From the human T2T-CHM13v2.0 reference genome, Homo sapiens, in assembly GCF_009914755.1 (NCBI RefSeq), contig NC_060936.1: DNA of 64,000 bases. One strand, 5' to 3'. Position 1 is the stretch's first letter, and each line of letters opens with the position of its first letter. The position numbers were made by a program, and so were the translations under genes. The notes beneath the pieces are model-generated. The model was given only the letters and a program-made list of their open reading frames with translations, was not told the origin of the DNA and made no database searches. This document shows positions 1 through 49,406 of the stretch, piece by piece.

Positions 1-1461
1 GTGCTACTGAGAGCACAGCTAGGGGTGAGTGACAGGAGATGGTGGGCAGGATGAGAGGGAGGAGGGGAGGGCCTTCACAGGTGAGGGACACCCAGGAGGG
101 TGGGAACAGAGGGCCGTGTCCTTAGAGTGAGGGAACTGAGAGAACTCTGCCCAGCTCACAGCTTTCTTGCCCCTAGATCCTGGTGTCCCAGCACTCGGGA
201 GTGGAAGCTCATAGCCACAGCTACAGCCACAGCTCCTCATCGCTGAGTGAAGAACCAGAGCTCTCGGGGGGACCCCCTCACATCACCTCCTCAGCCCCAG
301 AGCTCCGGCAGCGCCTAACACATGTTGACAGGTAAAGGGCTGGGACAGGAAGGTGGGACGCAGTCAGAAATAAAAAGTATTACAGGTTCACTAGGCTCTA
401 GCTTTCCCCAGACCTACTGATATTTCTCCACAGTCCCCTTGAGGCTCCAGCCGGGCCTCTGGGCCAGGTGAAACTGACTCTGTGGTACTACAGTGAAGAA
501 CGAAAGCTGGTCAGCATTGTTCATGGTTGCCGGTGAGACCCCATCCCTCCTGTCCTCCAGATCGCCTCCATCCCTTCCCTCAGGTTACCATATCACCTAC
601 ATCCTCCTGTTGTAGGTCCCTTCGACAGAATGGACGTGATCCTCCTGATCCCTATGTGTCACTGTTGCTACTGCCAGACAAGAACCGAGGCACCAAGAGG
701 AGGACCTCACAGAAGAAGAGGACCCTGAGTCCTGAATTTAATGAACGGTCAGTCAGTGGGCATTCAGGTGGAGAGATGGCAGGCTTGGAAAGGACTCCTG
801 GCCCCTAACATCCAGTCCTACCCCAGGTTTGAGTGGGAACTCCCCCTGGATGAGGCCCAGAGACGAAAGCTGGATGTCTCTGTCAAGTCTAATTCCTCCT
901 TCATGTCAAGAGAGCGTGAGCTGCTGGGGAAGGTAAGAGGGCAGGATGGCAGGGCAGAGGTGAGGGCTGGAAGCTGCTGGCACCAAGGTTATAGTCCCTG
1001 TGAGGAAGGAAGTACCCCACGTGATCCTTTAGAGGTGACTCACCTCTGCAATGGTTTGGGACGAGTATGTGATGAAGGAACATGGTCTTTGGAGATTTCA
1101 AAACAGCATCATCAGAATGAGATCCTGTCTCAAAAAATAAAAGAAATAACATCTTTCCCCTATCATCTTCCAACACAGGTGCAGCTGGACCTAGCTGAGA
1201 CAGACCTTTCCCAGGGTGTAGCCCGGTGGTGAGTGTCTGCGTGGGTGGGGGATGGTCTGGATATTTCAGTGGGAGAAATTCCAATCACAGGAAAGGAAAA
1301 AAAGATACAATCTGAGCAGAGAACCATTGATTCTATCAAGTAGAGAAGCCCTTGGATCGTGTCTCATTTATAAATATGATGACACAAGAGTCATCTTTCT
1401 ACATGAGCCCTCTTTTCACAGGTATGACCTGATGGACAACAAGGACAAGGGCAGCTCCTAG
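1..1461 (+). CDS. ESYT1: Extended synaptotagmin-1, C-terminal part (last C2 domain and tail); 5' partial. Exons: <1-24, 177-331, 434-532, 616-747, 827-932, 1179-1228, 1422-1461
   Basis: GT-AG exons join in frame to VLLRAQLG-ILVSQHSGVEAHSHSYSH...LGQVKLTLWYYSEERKLVSIVHGCRSLRQNGRDPPDPYVSLLLLPDKNRGTKRRTSQKKRTLSPEFNERFEWELPLDEAQRRKLDVSVKS...VARWYDLMDNKDKGSS*, a C2 domain matching the E-Syt1 C-terminus; TAG at 1459-1461. Confidence 0.96.
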
Positions 1462-2251
1462 GAGCTGGCGAGTCCCAGCCTGACTGCTCTGTCTTCCTGC
1501 CTTCGTCTCGCTCCATCACCGCCTCAATGTGATGAGCCTAAAGCTAGGGTCCAAGGGCAGAGCCTGTGCCCTTCAGCCCTTTCACCTAACAGGCCCATAT
1601 TCGGGCCTTTGCCTGACCAAAGAGAAGAACCGTATGTTCCCTTTACTGCACGGCCTTTATCCTTCTGGGCCCCTGGGGCGGGGACCTGAGCTGGCTGTTT
1701 CCTGCTTTGCCTGCACATTGTTCTCCCTTCCTCCCAACTCCTCAGGGCCTTCTGTATCTGTGCCTGGCCAGTGGCAGCACTAGCAGTGGTATTAGCTTAT
1801 GCCAAATACAGCTTTGGAAGGATCTTTTTTTCTTTAACTAGATGGTCACCTTCTTCCCTACCACACATGGGTGGGAAGGTGGACAGGCTAACCTCTCCAG
1901 CTGTGAGCCTCTTAGACTACTGCATGTAGCAAATGTTCAGCAGCTCAGGCCCCCATGTCCAGTTCTGTCCCCACTGTCCTCAACCCTGTCCTGAAAATTC
2001 TACTGCTTTGATGGCTGGGGCCAGTCTCTTGTCACTTTGGAAACTGAGGACGCGTGGATTCTACTCAAGCCTCCAAGTAGTGGCATATCAGTCTTGGAGC
2101 TCCTAGCTGGTGATACGGAGAGGGCTTTGGAGGACTTGGGACAGCAGGGCCAATTTTTTTGCCCAAGTGCCTAGGCTGCTAACTCACTGACTAGAACTTA
2201 ATCTGGTACTTTACAGTTTTGCACCAACTCTGCCAAGCCACTGGATCTTAC

Positions 2252-2257
2252 ATTAAA
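2252..2257 (+). terminator. ESYT1: Poly(A) signal ATTAAA ending the ESYT1 3' UTR
   Basis: ATTAAA ~790 nt after the stop, followed by a GT/T-rich downstream element (ctgtggttcttttcc). Confidence 0.75.
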
Positions 2258-2575
2258 CATCATACTCAAACCAGCTGTGGTTCTTTTCCTTAAGGATAGG
2301 GAATCAATCTACCCATCTGATGTTTATTCCTACTGTCAAAAGCCTTTATCCAATTCGTGAATCATGTCAGTTTAATTAATGGTCAAAGCCTACTAAGGTT
2401 GCAGCCACCAAGAATGTTGAGGATGGTCAAGAGACCTGTGTAAAGTAGCTGCTGTTGCATTTCAGGTGAGACTCATTTCCAGTCACAGTGATGAACTCTG
2501 TTACCCATCCAACTTGTCTGCTGACCACTATAGGCTTTCCAGGGAAGGGATTCCTAAACCTGGTAAACCTGGGAG

Positions 2576-2641
2576 CTCTGTGCCACTGCACAGGCTCCTG
2601 GTGTCTCTGTGCCACTGCACAGGCTCCTGGTGTCTCTGTGC
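2576..2641. repeat. 29-bp tandem duplication (2.3 copies)
   Basis: ctctgtgccactgcacaggctcctggtgt at 2576-2604 and 2605-2633, then ctctgtgc. Confidence 0.95.
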
Positions 2642-3274
2642 TGTCAGGGCATGCTCAGCTACATTCAAAAGGGCTTCAGGCCCATCTAGCAGGAGCTGAG
2701 AAATACACCCATTTCGATCATCTGTACACCTTGAACTCTGCTCCTTGCAAGAACTTTCCTGGAATGCAAGCTAGAGAAGCTGTGCTCCATCTGTTCTGCC
2801 AATTGAAAGGAGAGAGATGGACAGAGTGAACTACTGAAAACAGGGTCACTGGCATAGGAACTTGGGGATTTCATAACTGACTCAGAGAGACTTTACTATC
2901 GTCTCTTGAAAAATATAAACCTTCCTTAGGATGCTGCCCACTGGGAGAAGAGGGAAGACTCAGGGGAAAGGATTCCTGCTCAGTTCCACAAGTTGTCGAA
3001 ATTTGCTTAATTAGCAAAAACTGAATTTAAACTCCACACTGTCCACAAACTCAGCCTCTATGTTCTCAGTGACCCTTTTGTATTCACTGCTGGTTCCTCT
3101 ACCATCTCCACTTCCTTCCCATCAAAGTAAGAGGACCCCAAGCCTTGGCTTTGAGCAAGGAGGTCTTATTTATTTGCTCCATTCCCCAACTCCGGCTCTA
3201 AAATCACAGGGGGAAAAACTCCAAAAACAGAGCAAAGAAAATTTTTAAGGTCTCTTGTCAAATTTCTAGATACT

Positions 3275-3570
<296 letters not shown>

Positions 3571-3572
3571 CT

Positions 3573-3659
3573 ATGGCGTGAACCCGGGAGGCGGAGCTTG
3601 CAGTGAGCCGAGATCCCGCCACTGCACTCCAGCCTGGGCGACAGAGCGAGACTCCGTCT

Positions 3660-3699
<40 letters not shown>
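3573..3699 (+). mobile_element. 5'-truncated AluYa5-type element with pure A39 tail, inserted into the tail/TSD of the preceding Alu
   Basis: Carries the GAGATCCCGCC Ya5 diagnostic base and GCGGAGCTTGCAG (Y lineage); all 8 CpGs intact; flanked by A(n)TTCTA duplication. Confidence 0.8.
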
Positions 3700-3701
<2 letters not shown>

Positions 3702-3961
3702 CTAGATACTAGCTGGGCATGCAGCCCAAGGCCTGCTGTTCTAGCTGGCTTCAGATAATACAACCTAGGATTTTGTAATGTGTGATTTTAAGAAAACATT
3801 CTTGAGCTAGTTTATCACTTCAAGTAATTACATTTCCAGAAAACTAGAGGACATGGCACAAATTCTTCCATCCCAGAAGGGTCCCTACTCTTTCCTAACC
3901 TTTTTGAGTTCAATATATATAAGGGAAGAGGTACTACTATACATATTAAATACAAGATGAT

Positions 3962-7395
<3,434 letters not shown>

Positions 7396-7804
7396 GTTCA
7401 TGTCTGATTAACCCCAGTTTTGGGAATGCCTCTAAGATTTCTATTTTATCTACTGTTCTTTGTGTAAGAGCATGTACTTACCATAATTTCTCCTTAGATC
7501 AAAACAATCTTGATCATAAATCCTGGCTTACTGAGTATTCTTGCCTTTCCCTGCAGGGTAGACTTCAATTGTCCTAGAGGTTCCTTCCCTGTGGTAAGTC
7601 CTGGGGTCAGGACTTACTCCAGGGGATGATGTCCTGGGGATCCACCATCGTGTCTCACCACTACCCAAGACACAGACATGGCTTCTGTTCATAAATTCCT
7701 ATTAAATATTTCTAAGAAACTGGATTTGTCAGCCTCCTTCCTCAACCTCTTAGCTTCCTTGGACTTTGGGGGTAAGTGTGCATAGACCTGTGCACTGCGG
7801 AACA
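7396..7804 (+). mobile_element. ERV1-class LTR remnant (MER34/MER39-like)
   Basis: ATTAAA then 3' end ggactttgggggtaagtgtgcatagacctgtgcactgcggaaca, resembling MER34/39 LTR ends; family not verified. Confidence 0.5.
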
Positions 7805-8491
7805 GCTCCCCAATGGCTTTCCATATTCTTTCAATCTAATGGGCCACTCTGGACAGCTGAACATGTGGAGGTTCCTGGAGGACGGCATGCCTAGGGAAGG
7901 CAAGCAAGCTTCGGACTCACCTCCCTCCCTGCCCACAAAATGCAATCTCTAAGAATATACAGGCCAGTCAAGGTAGGTCATACCTATAATCCCAGCACTT
8001 TGGGAGGCACCTGAGATGGGAAGATCACTTGAGCTCAGTTTGAGACTGGGTAACACAGTGAGACCTCATTTCTAGAAAAAAACAAAACCAAAGAAAAATA
8101 AGAATATACAAATCACATGCTAAGCAGGGAGAGGAGAGAGGAGAGACAGGCATTTCTCACAGATAATTCACATATATAATCACCCTATGCCCAGTTAAGA
8201 CCATGTTTCGTCCAGTTCCTGTTATTTATGATCAAGACAGGGATGGCACAGAAAATGAAGGATAGCCTTCCCATCTCTGCAAGGGTCTTAACGTTTTTTC
8301 CCTGTACTACTTCTCTATAGAAAATGCTAGAAAGTCAGATGATGCCATAACCACTCATACTTGGCAAAATGCCAAAAATGGGAAAAGGAAAGAAAAAAAA
8401 TTACAAGAGCCATATTTTGAAATCAATGTCTGCAAAAGTAATGAAAGCCACACAAAGGCATCTATAATGTGGCCCTTTCCCAGTCTTATAA

Positions 8492-9180
<689 letters not shown>

Positions 9181-9879
9181 TAATTTAGCCCCTTCACCGG
9201 TACGAGATCTATGGCGGCCTCCAGAAATGGTTGCTAACTTACTATTATCGTTATTTCTGTCGTACAATTCATTTCTACCTTTCCAATAAACTTTCCCCAA
9301 CCAGTGAACCTCACTTACTGCCCATAAAGTTCACCTGTGCCTCACCACCCTGCCATCGCCCGAGTTTTCTGCTCTGATCTAATCCTCACACGCCTGTGCA
9401 GCACCAGCTTCCAACACCAGGTGCACCGCCAGGGTATTTACTGATCCAGTGAGTGAAGGTGGGCCCGGCCGGGCTGGTTCCCATCCTCTGATCAACGCCT
9501 AGGGGAACCAGTGAACTCCAATGCTGACCATAAGAGTTTCAGAAAGTAGGGCTGGAAAGCCCAGCCCTCCGCTCAGAGACCTGTGAAGATCGAGGAGGAT
9601 GGCGCATATGCTGCCGCAGGATGGAAACCTCGATCAGAGAAGGCTGGGGCAGGTGACTGGGCTTAATTGCAAATTTTAACATTTACTTCAGCAACCAGCT
9701 CATTAAAAACAAACTACTCTGAGGCCTCTTTTTTTTCTACCAAACCGCGAGAGGAAGCAAAAGAGAGTGCAGCGGTTCTCCCCGGGGCCGTTAAGTGCTT
9801 CCAGCTATCTGACCTCCACGCTGCCTGCTGCAGCCTCAATCTTTCCCCAGGTTCTGAGTTCTTTCAGCAGTAGGTCCAG

Positions 9880-10242
9880 GAAAACAGCCGCCCCGCCCCC
9901 TCCACCTCCCGAGACTAGGAGCCCGCCAGGGTTAAGTAGGAGGGATACCCTAGGGGCCCCGCAGGGTTTTTAGGGTTGGGGTGGATTGGAAATTGTTCAT
10001 TGCCTTTCAGTTCCGGGACATAAAGCGCGCTGGAAGGACACTGAGTCACCAACCACCGCCATGGGCCGGAAGCCACCGCCCTCGCGTCAACTGCAATCTA
10101 GAGCGCGGCGCATCCCGTGAGCCCGCGGGGAACTACGACTCCCGGCATGCTCCGCGGCCACCGGAATTAACCCTTCAGGGCTGGGGGCCGCGCTATGCCC
10201 CGCCCCCTCCCCAGCCCCAGACACGGACCCCGCAGGGTGAGT
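9880..10242 (+). promoter_or_regulatory. MYL6B: CpG-rich upstream promoter and non-coding first exon of MYL6B (possibly bidirectional)
   Basis: High CpG; AP-1 TGAGTCA 10042-10048; ETS CCGGAAG 10066-10072; ACTAYRNNNCCCR (ZNF143/THAP11-type) 10132-10144; strong donor AGG|GTGAGT at 10237. Confidence 0.65.
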
Positions 10243-10290
10243 TTTTGGGGGCTGAGGAGGGCCATTTTCTTTAAGATTTAGTGGGGGTGC

Positions 10291-10332
10291 GTGAGTGTGT
10301 GTGTGTGTGTGTGTGTGTGTCGTGTGTGTGTG
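10291..10332 (+). repeat. (GT)n microsatellite
   Basis: (GT)13 at 10295-10320, then c(GT)5g. Confidence 0.95.
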
Positions 10333-11417
10333 ATGTATTTTGTAAAAATGGGACAATTTGCAGTCATGAGATTCAGACGCTGTTTTGCGAATGGGAGACC
10401 CAGCATCAACCCCGGGGCCTAAGTGGAATCACTGCTATCTTCCTCAGAATGCTACCTAAATCCTTTCCTAATTTACCCCAGAACAAAAGTAGCCTGCAAT
10501 CCCTCCCCACTCCCAAACGCCCCCCAACTTGGACTCTCTCCCAGCGCCCCTGGCAAGGTTTGTGACCTGGCCCCTGAGTCAGGATTTTTATTATACCCCT
10601 GGTTGTGGGGTGAATACTCATGGAGCCATAGGAGCGCCCACATCCTCTTGGATTAGGGAATTTAAGCCGTCTCCCAGAGCCTGCCCTTCTCCTCAGGTGC
10701 CACCAAAGGGTCCCCACAGGTTCAGCAAGCACCCTACCTTTTGTTTGTCTTGAATGACCGTGGGCTTGTGGAAGGTTTCTTCCATGGAAGAATGGGTAGC
10801 AGATGTTAAACCTGATCTTTGCCCCCACTCCTGCCCCTAAAACAACACTGGGCACAGGAGACAATGAGGGATGTCATACTCCTGTTTTTATGACTATTCT
10901 TCCTTTATACTGTGAATAGTTCCAGTTCTTGGCTGGGTGGGGGCTCAGGAACTACAAGTATTAGGGATCATTAGACTCTAAGGTTAACTACCCCTGCTCT
11001 TTACAAAGCCATGGTCAGAAGGGAGTGGAGGGGCTGGGCAGATGGGCTTCTTGTTTTTGTCATTGCTCCCAGACCACACTTTAACTTGTTCCAGTTCACA
11101 CAAGCCTCCCTGGCTGCTACCCCTCACCCCACCCTTCAAGAAGACTAAAGCTGCTGGATCACCTGCTTTGCCTCACCACCCCCATCTCAGTGCCACTGGC
11201 AAGCATCCTATCCTCACCCTGGAGGTTAACTACCTCATTCTGGGCAGTCTCTGGCTTCCTCCCCTACCCCTAAAGGAAACATTGTTCTTTTCTGGTCAGC
11301 CTTTGGGGATAAGGGGACAGAGGGAAGAAGACCTTGGGGCAGGAGTCCTGAACCATAGGAGGCCAGGGGAGTGAGGGCAGGCGGTTATATCTCTCCTCTA
11401 CCTCATCTTTGCCACAG

Positions 11418-11480
11418 CCAACTGGCTCCCTGCCCCTGCCCCCGCCCCTTGACATCCCAGACTCCCTGGCTATTTAAACA
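11418..11480 (+). promoter_or_regulatory. MYL6B: Proximal MYL6B promoter: E-box CAACTG (11419-11424), GC box, TATA-like TATTTAAA (11471-11478)
   Basis: Motifs 50-110 bp upstream of the ATG at 11528, an arrangement typical of muscle gene promoters. Confidence 0.6.
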
Positions 11481-11527
11481 GAGATGGGTGCCCCCATCCG
11501 CACACTGTCCTTTGGCCACCGGACATC

Positions 11528-15338
<3,811 letters not shown>

Positions 15339-15569
15339 GTGCTGCAGGTAGGGCCCTCCCACCCCTTCGCCGCGCCTTACGAGGCAAGTCTCCCGCCCTT
15401 CTCTCAGCCAACATAGAAAAGCAGCGGAGTTCATTCTGCTGTCCGGTTGCTGCACGGGCTCCAGCGCTTCGCAACTTTGGTTTTTTTCCACAGATCCAGT
15501 GGGGTCCGGACACTGGGCCCCGCAGGCGAAAGCACGTTCCAGCCACCAGGAGGCCACCTATTGTTTCAA

Positions 15570-15575
15570 AATAAA
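15570..15575 (+). terminator. MYL6B: MYL6B poly(A) signal AATAAA
   Basis: AATAAA in the short last exon, T-rich tract downstream. Confidence 0.85.
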
Positions 15576-15894
15576 GACTGGGTTCCTCTCTTGGTTTCAG
15601 ACTGCTATTTTTTTCATGGTTGGGGGAGCAGCGGGAGACGGGGAGGGTGCTAGGAGGAGAGGGCGGGAAAAGAGGGCTCTCTCCTCTTCCAATCCTCTGA
15701 TCTTCCTGCTGTTGGGAGGTGCAGATTCATTGTGCCCCAGCCCACGTCCCCCCACGACCCCCGCACCCCCACCTCCCCCCACGACCCCCCCCACCTCCGA
15801 GCGGGTTCTGTGCCCAGGTGGCGCTGGAGAAAGGAACAGCGGACCCCGCCCAAGTCATTACTAATGTAGCAATCGTCTGCATAAACCCAGGCCA

Positions 15895-16013
15895 CGGTTC
15901 CTATTGGCTGAGTCCTCTGAGGGTGACGTCATCGGGACGTACTAAGACTAGGGTTGGGCCGAGAGTCGGAGCCATTACTGCAGGAAAAGGTCCCGGAGAG
16001 CTGAGCAGTCAAG

Positions 16014-16016
<3 letters not shown>
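15895..16016 (+). promoter_or_regulatory. MYL6: MYL6 core promoter and exon 1: inverted CCAAT (15903-15907), palindromic CRE TGACGTCA (15924-15931), exon ending at the ATG
   Basis: Motifs read directly; CAAGATG|GTGGGG donor immediately after the start codon. Confidence 0.8.
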
Positions 16017-19027
<3,011 letters not shown>

Positions 19028-19167
19028 GGACCTTCCCAGTCTCCCCAGAGTCCGTGCCTTTCCCTGTGTGAATTTTGTATCTAGCCTAAAGTTTCCCTAG
19101 GCTTTCTTGTCTCAGCAACTTTCCCATCTTGTCTCTCTTGGATGATGTTTGCCGTCAGCATTCACCA

Positions 19168-19173
19168 AATAAA
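19168..19173 (+). terminator. MYL6: MYL6 poly(A) signal AATAAA
   Basis: AATAAA ~140 nt after the exon-7 stop, T-rich downstream. Confidence 0.9.
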
Positions 19174-19545
19174 CTTGCTCTCTGGGCCCTCGGTTCGGTT
19201 CTTTCTTTCCTGAACAGGGTAAAGGGGAAGAAGGTGAGATGGTGATGATTTCTGCCCTGAGGCAGAGTCCAAGGTCAATCAATGGTGCAGGGGTTGAGGA
19301 AAGCTGGGGGAGGCCCTGTACTAGCCATCTGGGCTTCATTTAAAAACTACTGGCCCCATTCATCCATCTTACACAAGCTACCTCTTGGGAGATTAGGAAA
19401 GCCATAGATCCCAGTAGGACTAAGGCTGGCCATCCCTGTTCCATTCCATATCAGGCTGTCTTCTCCTACCCTTCCAGCTCCTTAAATCTGGCCCCCGCCC
19501 TCCCAAGCTCCCAATAAGGCCTTTTGTGGGGAAGCCTGTGGAGTG

Positions 19546-19551
19546 TTTATT
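19546..19551 (-). terminator. SMARCC2: Candidate distal SMARCC2 poly(A) signal (AATAAA on minus strand)
   Basis: TTTATT on plus strand at the end of a repeat-free ~1.75-kb segment following the SMARCC2 stop. Confidence 0.6.
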
Positions 19552-21300
19552 GGAGCTAAAGCCAGGCCATTATTAGCACTGCCTAAGCCTGTCCGTCACC
19601 TCAGCAGGGTGAAGGGCCAATTATAACAAAAGTAGGTAAGGGGCTTGCCTCCTCTCTAATAAGGGAAGGAGTGAAACCACTACTTCTGAAGGGACAGAGA
19701 TACAAAATTCCATGTTGTGGGAATGTCCTTCCAAGTCTTAAACAGCTTTTAGGGCAGGTGAGAGCCTCTGCTCCTATACCAGCACATAGTCTCGACAGTT
19801 GTGCTGCCGTTCGTGTTTTGTGGGGAGGCGCAGTGTCTGTAGGCCGTGTGGCTTGCAGAGTGTCTTTCGGCCCAGGTAAACGCCGCTGTGAAGGACTCCA
19901 GGAAAGCTGCTCCCATCACAATCCCCCTGCCTGACAGCCACAGGTAAGAACACAGAATGCACCCACAAGATGGAACTGAAAGCAAATTAATTTATAAAAA
20001 AAAAAAAAAGAAAGAAAGAAAAAAAGAGAAAATTTACAGAAAACTTTGAACAGAAGAAAGGTGCTAAGACGCAGAGGGAGAGAAACATGGGGACATGAGG
20101 AACAAAGGGCCTGGTGGGAGGAACCAAGAAGAACCAGTGCAGAGCCTGGAGTCACACCTGCCTTCCCGTCACAGGGGAGAAGCTGGGACACGTGGAGCAG
20201 GAATGCGGGAAGCAGAGTTGAGCTGCGAGCCAAGGGTTGGTCCAACCCAAGGTTGGGCACCCTCTTCCACTGCTCCCAAATCCCTGCATCCTCATCTGGG
20301 GAGCCCCCAGCTATCAGCTGAAGTTCTCATAGTCTTGGTGGGAGAGGGAGGAAGCTAAGGGGTGACCCACCAAGTCATAATATGGAGGTGCTTAAGTGCT
20401 TTAAAAAACAATTTCAGGTTTTAAAACTTCACATCCTCTTATAGCTCCCTTCTCTGTGCCTTCCAGGAGTCCATGGATACAGCCCAGGGAAGGAAGGAGA
20501 ACAGCCCCCAGTGCCCTTTCTTCTCCTATTACCTACCACAGAAATCCCCGAAATTAGGTTTTCCCCACCAAATACACATACGCTGACATCAACTAAGCAA
20601 GTGACTTTTAAAAACAAAACTGACATTCAGAGGGAAAGGAATCATTGGCTGAGCTGGGGTGGCCTAAAACAGCAACAATGAGGAAGCCGCAGGAGGGATT
20701 ATTAGTACGAATGAACTCGAATAAGCTCAGCGTAGGGTGGGGGAGGGGAGTTGGGGCCTTGACTTAGTCACTAAAAAGGGGCTTGGGGAGAGATGGAATC
20801 TGCGCCCTGTTCTATCCCCAGAGCTCTCCCTGGAATCTTAATTCCCCTTTCCTAAAACTCACTCCCCCTCAAAAAATGTAAAAATTGGTTATTTTTTAGT
20901 GGGTAGAAGGGAGCTCCAATGTGGCTTTTTAAAATCTACTTTTTTTTTTTTTTTTTAATCCATAGAAAATGCAGTAGTTTGGAGGGAGGTGTACCCTTAG
21001 AAGTGGTTAATAGAACCTTGTATAAACACCTTTCACCAGCCCTTCCTTTAGGGCAGCATTCCCATCCTATCCTCTCTCCCAGACATTATAAACATCTTTT
21101 AAACAGAAGTCCTTGAATAATCTGATATAAAAATGCATGCCTCTGTTAGGCATGGTGAGGGCTTTGGAGGGGCGGAAGGAGCTTTCCTTACGTAGTGATG
21201 AACTCTCCAGGCTGGGGAGGGTCCCAGTGGTGGGGGAAGGGCTGTTCCTGGAACCGTGATGTCCACAGGGGGTGAGGGGGAGAGATGTCTGGCTGGCTCC

Positions 21301-48351
<27,051 letters not shown>

Positions 48352-49018
48352 TAACCCCTTTCACAGCACATAAAGGTAACCCCAGTTCTCACACGTTTCT
48401 TTCGTGCACTTTCTCTCTCCAAAAGGGAAGCCGCCAAAAGGTCTTAACCCCTGGATTTGGGAGGATGGGAGTGATCTTGGGAAGTTTAATTATGCACGAC
48501 TGTATTGGCTGCTAGACTGTGAGGCATTTTCAGAATTTTGTAACTTCAGGCTTCCTGGGAGAGCTTTGGCACATGTCTCATTCTTTTGAGGGCATAGGGA
48601 AGGATTTGGTTGAAGGGTTACATTTTGGGAATGTGAGTGGCTGTTTTGCAATATTAGTCAAACTTAGAGTTTCCTCTAAATTTCATGACCAGAAGTCACA
48701 CCTTGTAGGTCTGATTACACCGAAGACCCAGGAAACAGGATTCTCTCATCTGGATTTCCTTGAGGTGTACAGGGCTAGAAGGGAGTAGTCTATTGAAACA
48801 TCATTGCAGATCCAGTTAGAGCCAAGGTATGGGAAGATAATTCTCACTTTTTATTGAGTGCTTATTATGTGCCAGATACTGTTTTAAATTATCTATGTGT
48901 ATTAACCAAGCAAGGAAATTAATCTCATCTTTAACCTTTAACCCTCCTATACTCATCTCACCCCATTTTTCCTATCCCCTAATTTCTGATTGTGGGGAGG
49001 ATCTAGGCTGCTTGTTGA

Positions 49019-49406
<388 letters not shown>

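Noticed and set aside
2576-2641. 29-bp repeat as CRISPR-like array
   Set aside because: Eukaryotic DNA, two adjacent copies with no spacers; simple slippage duplication
20649-20731. 8-bp inverted repeat (GCTGAGCT...AGCTCAGC) in the SMARCC2 3' UTR, possible snoRNA/miRNA
   Set aside because: No correctly placed C/D or H/ACA boxes and no extended hairpin; an 8-bp match can arise by chance
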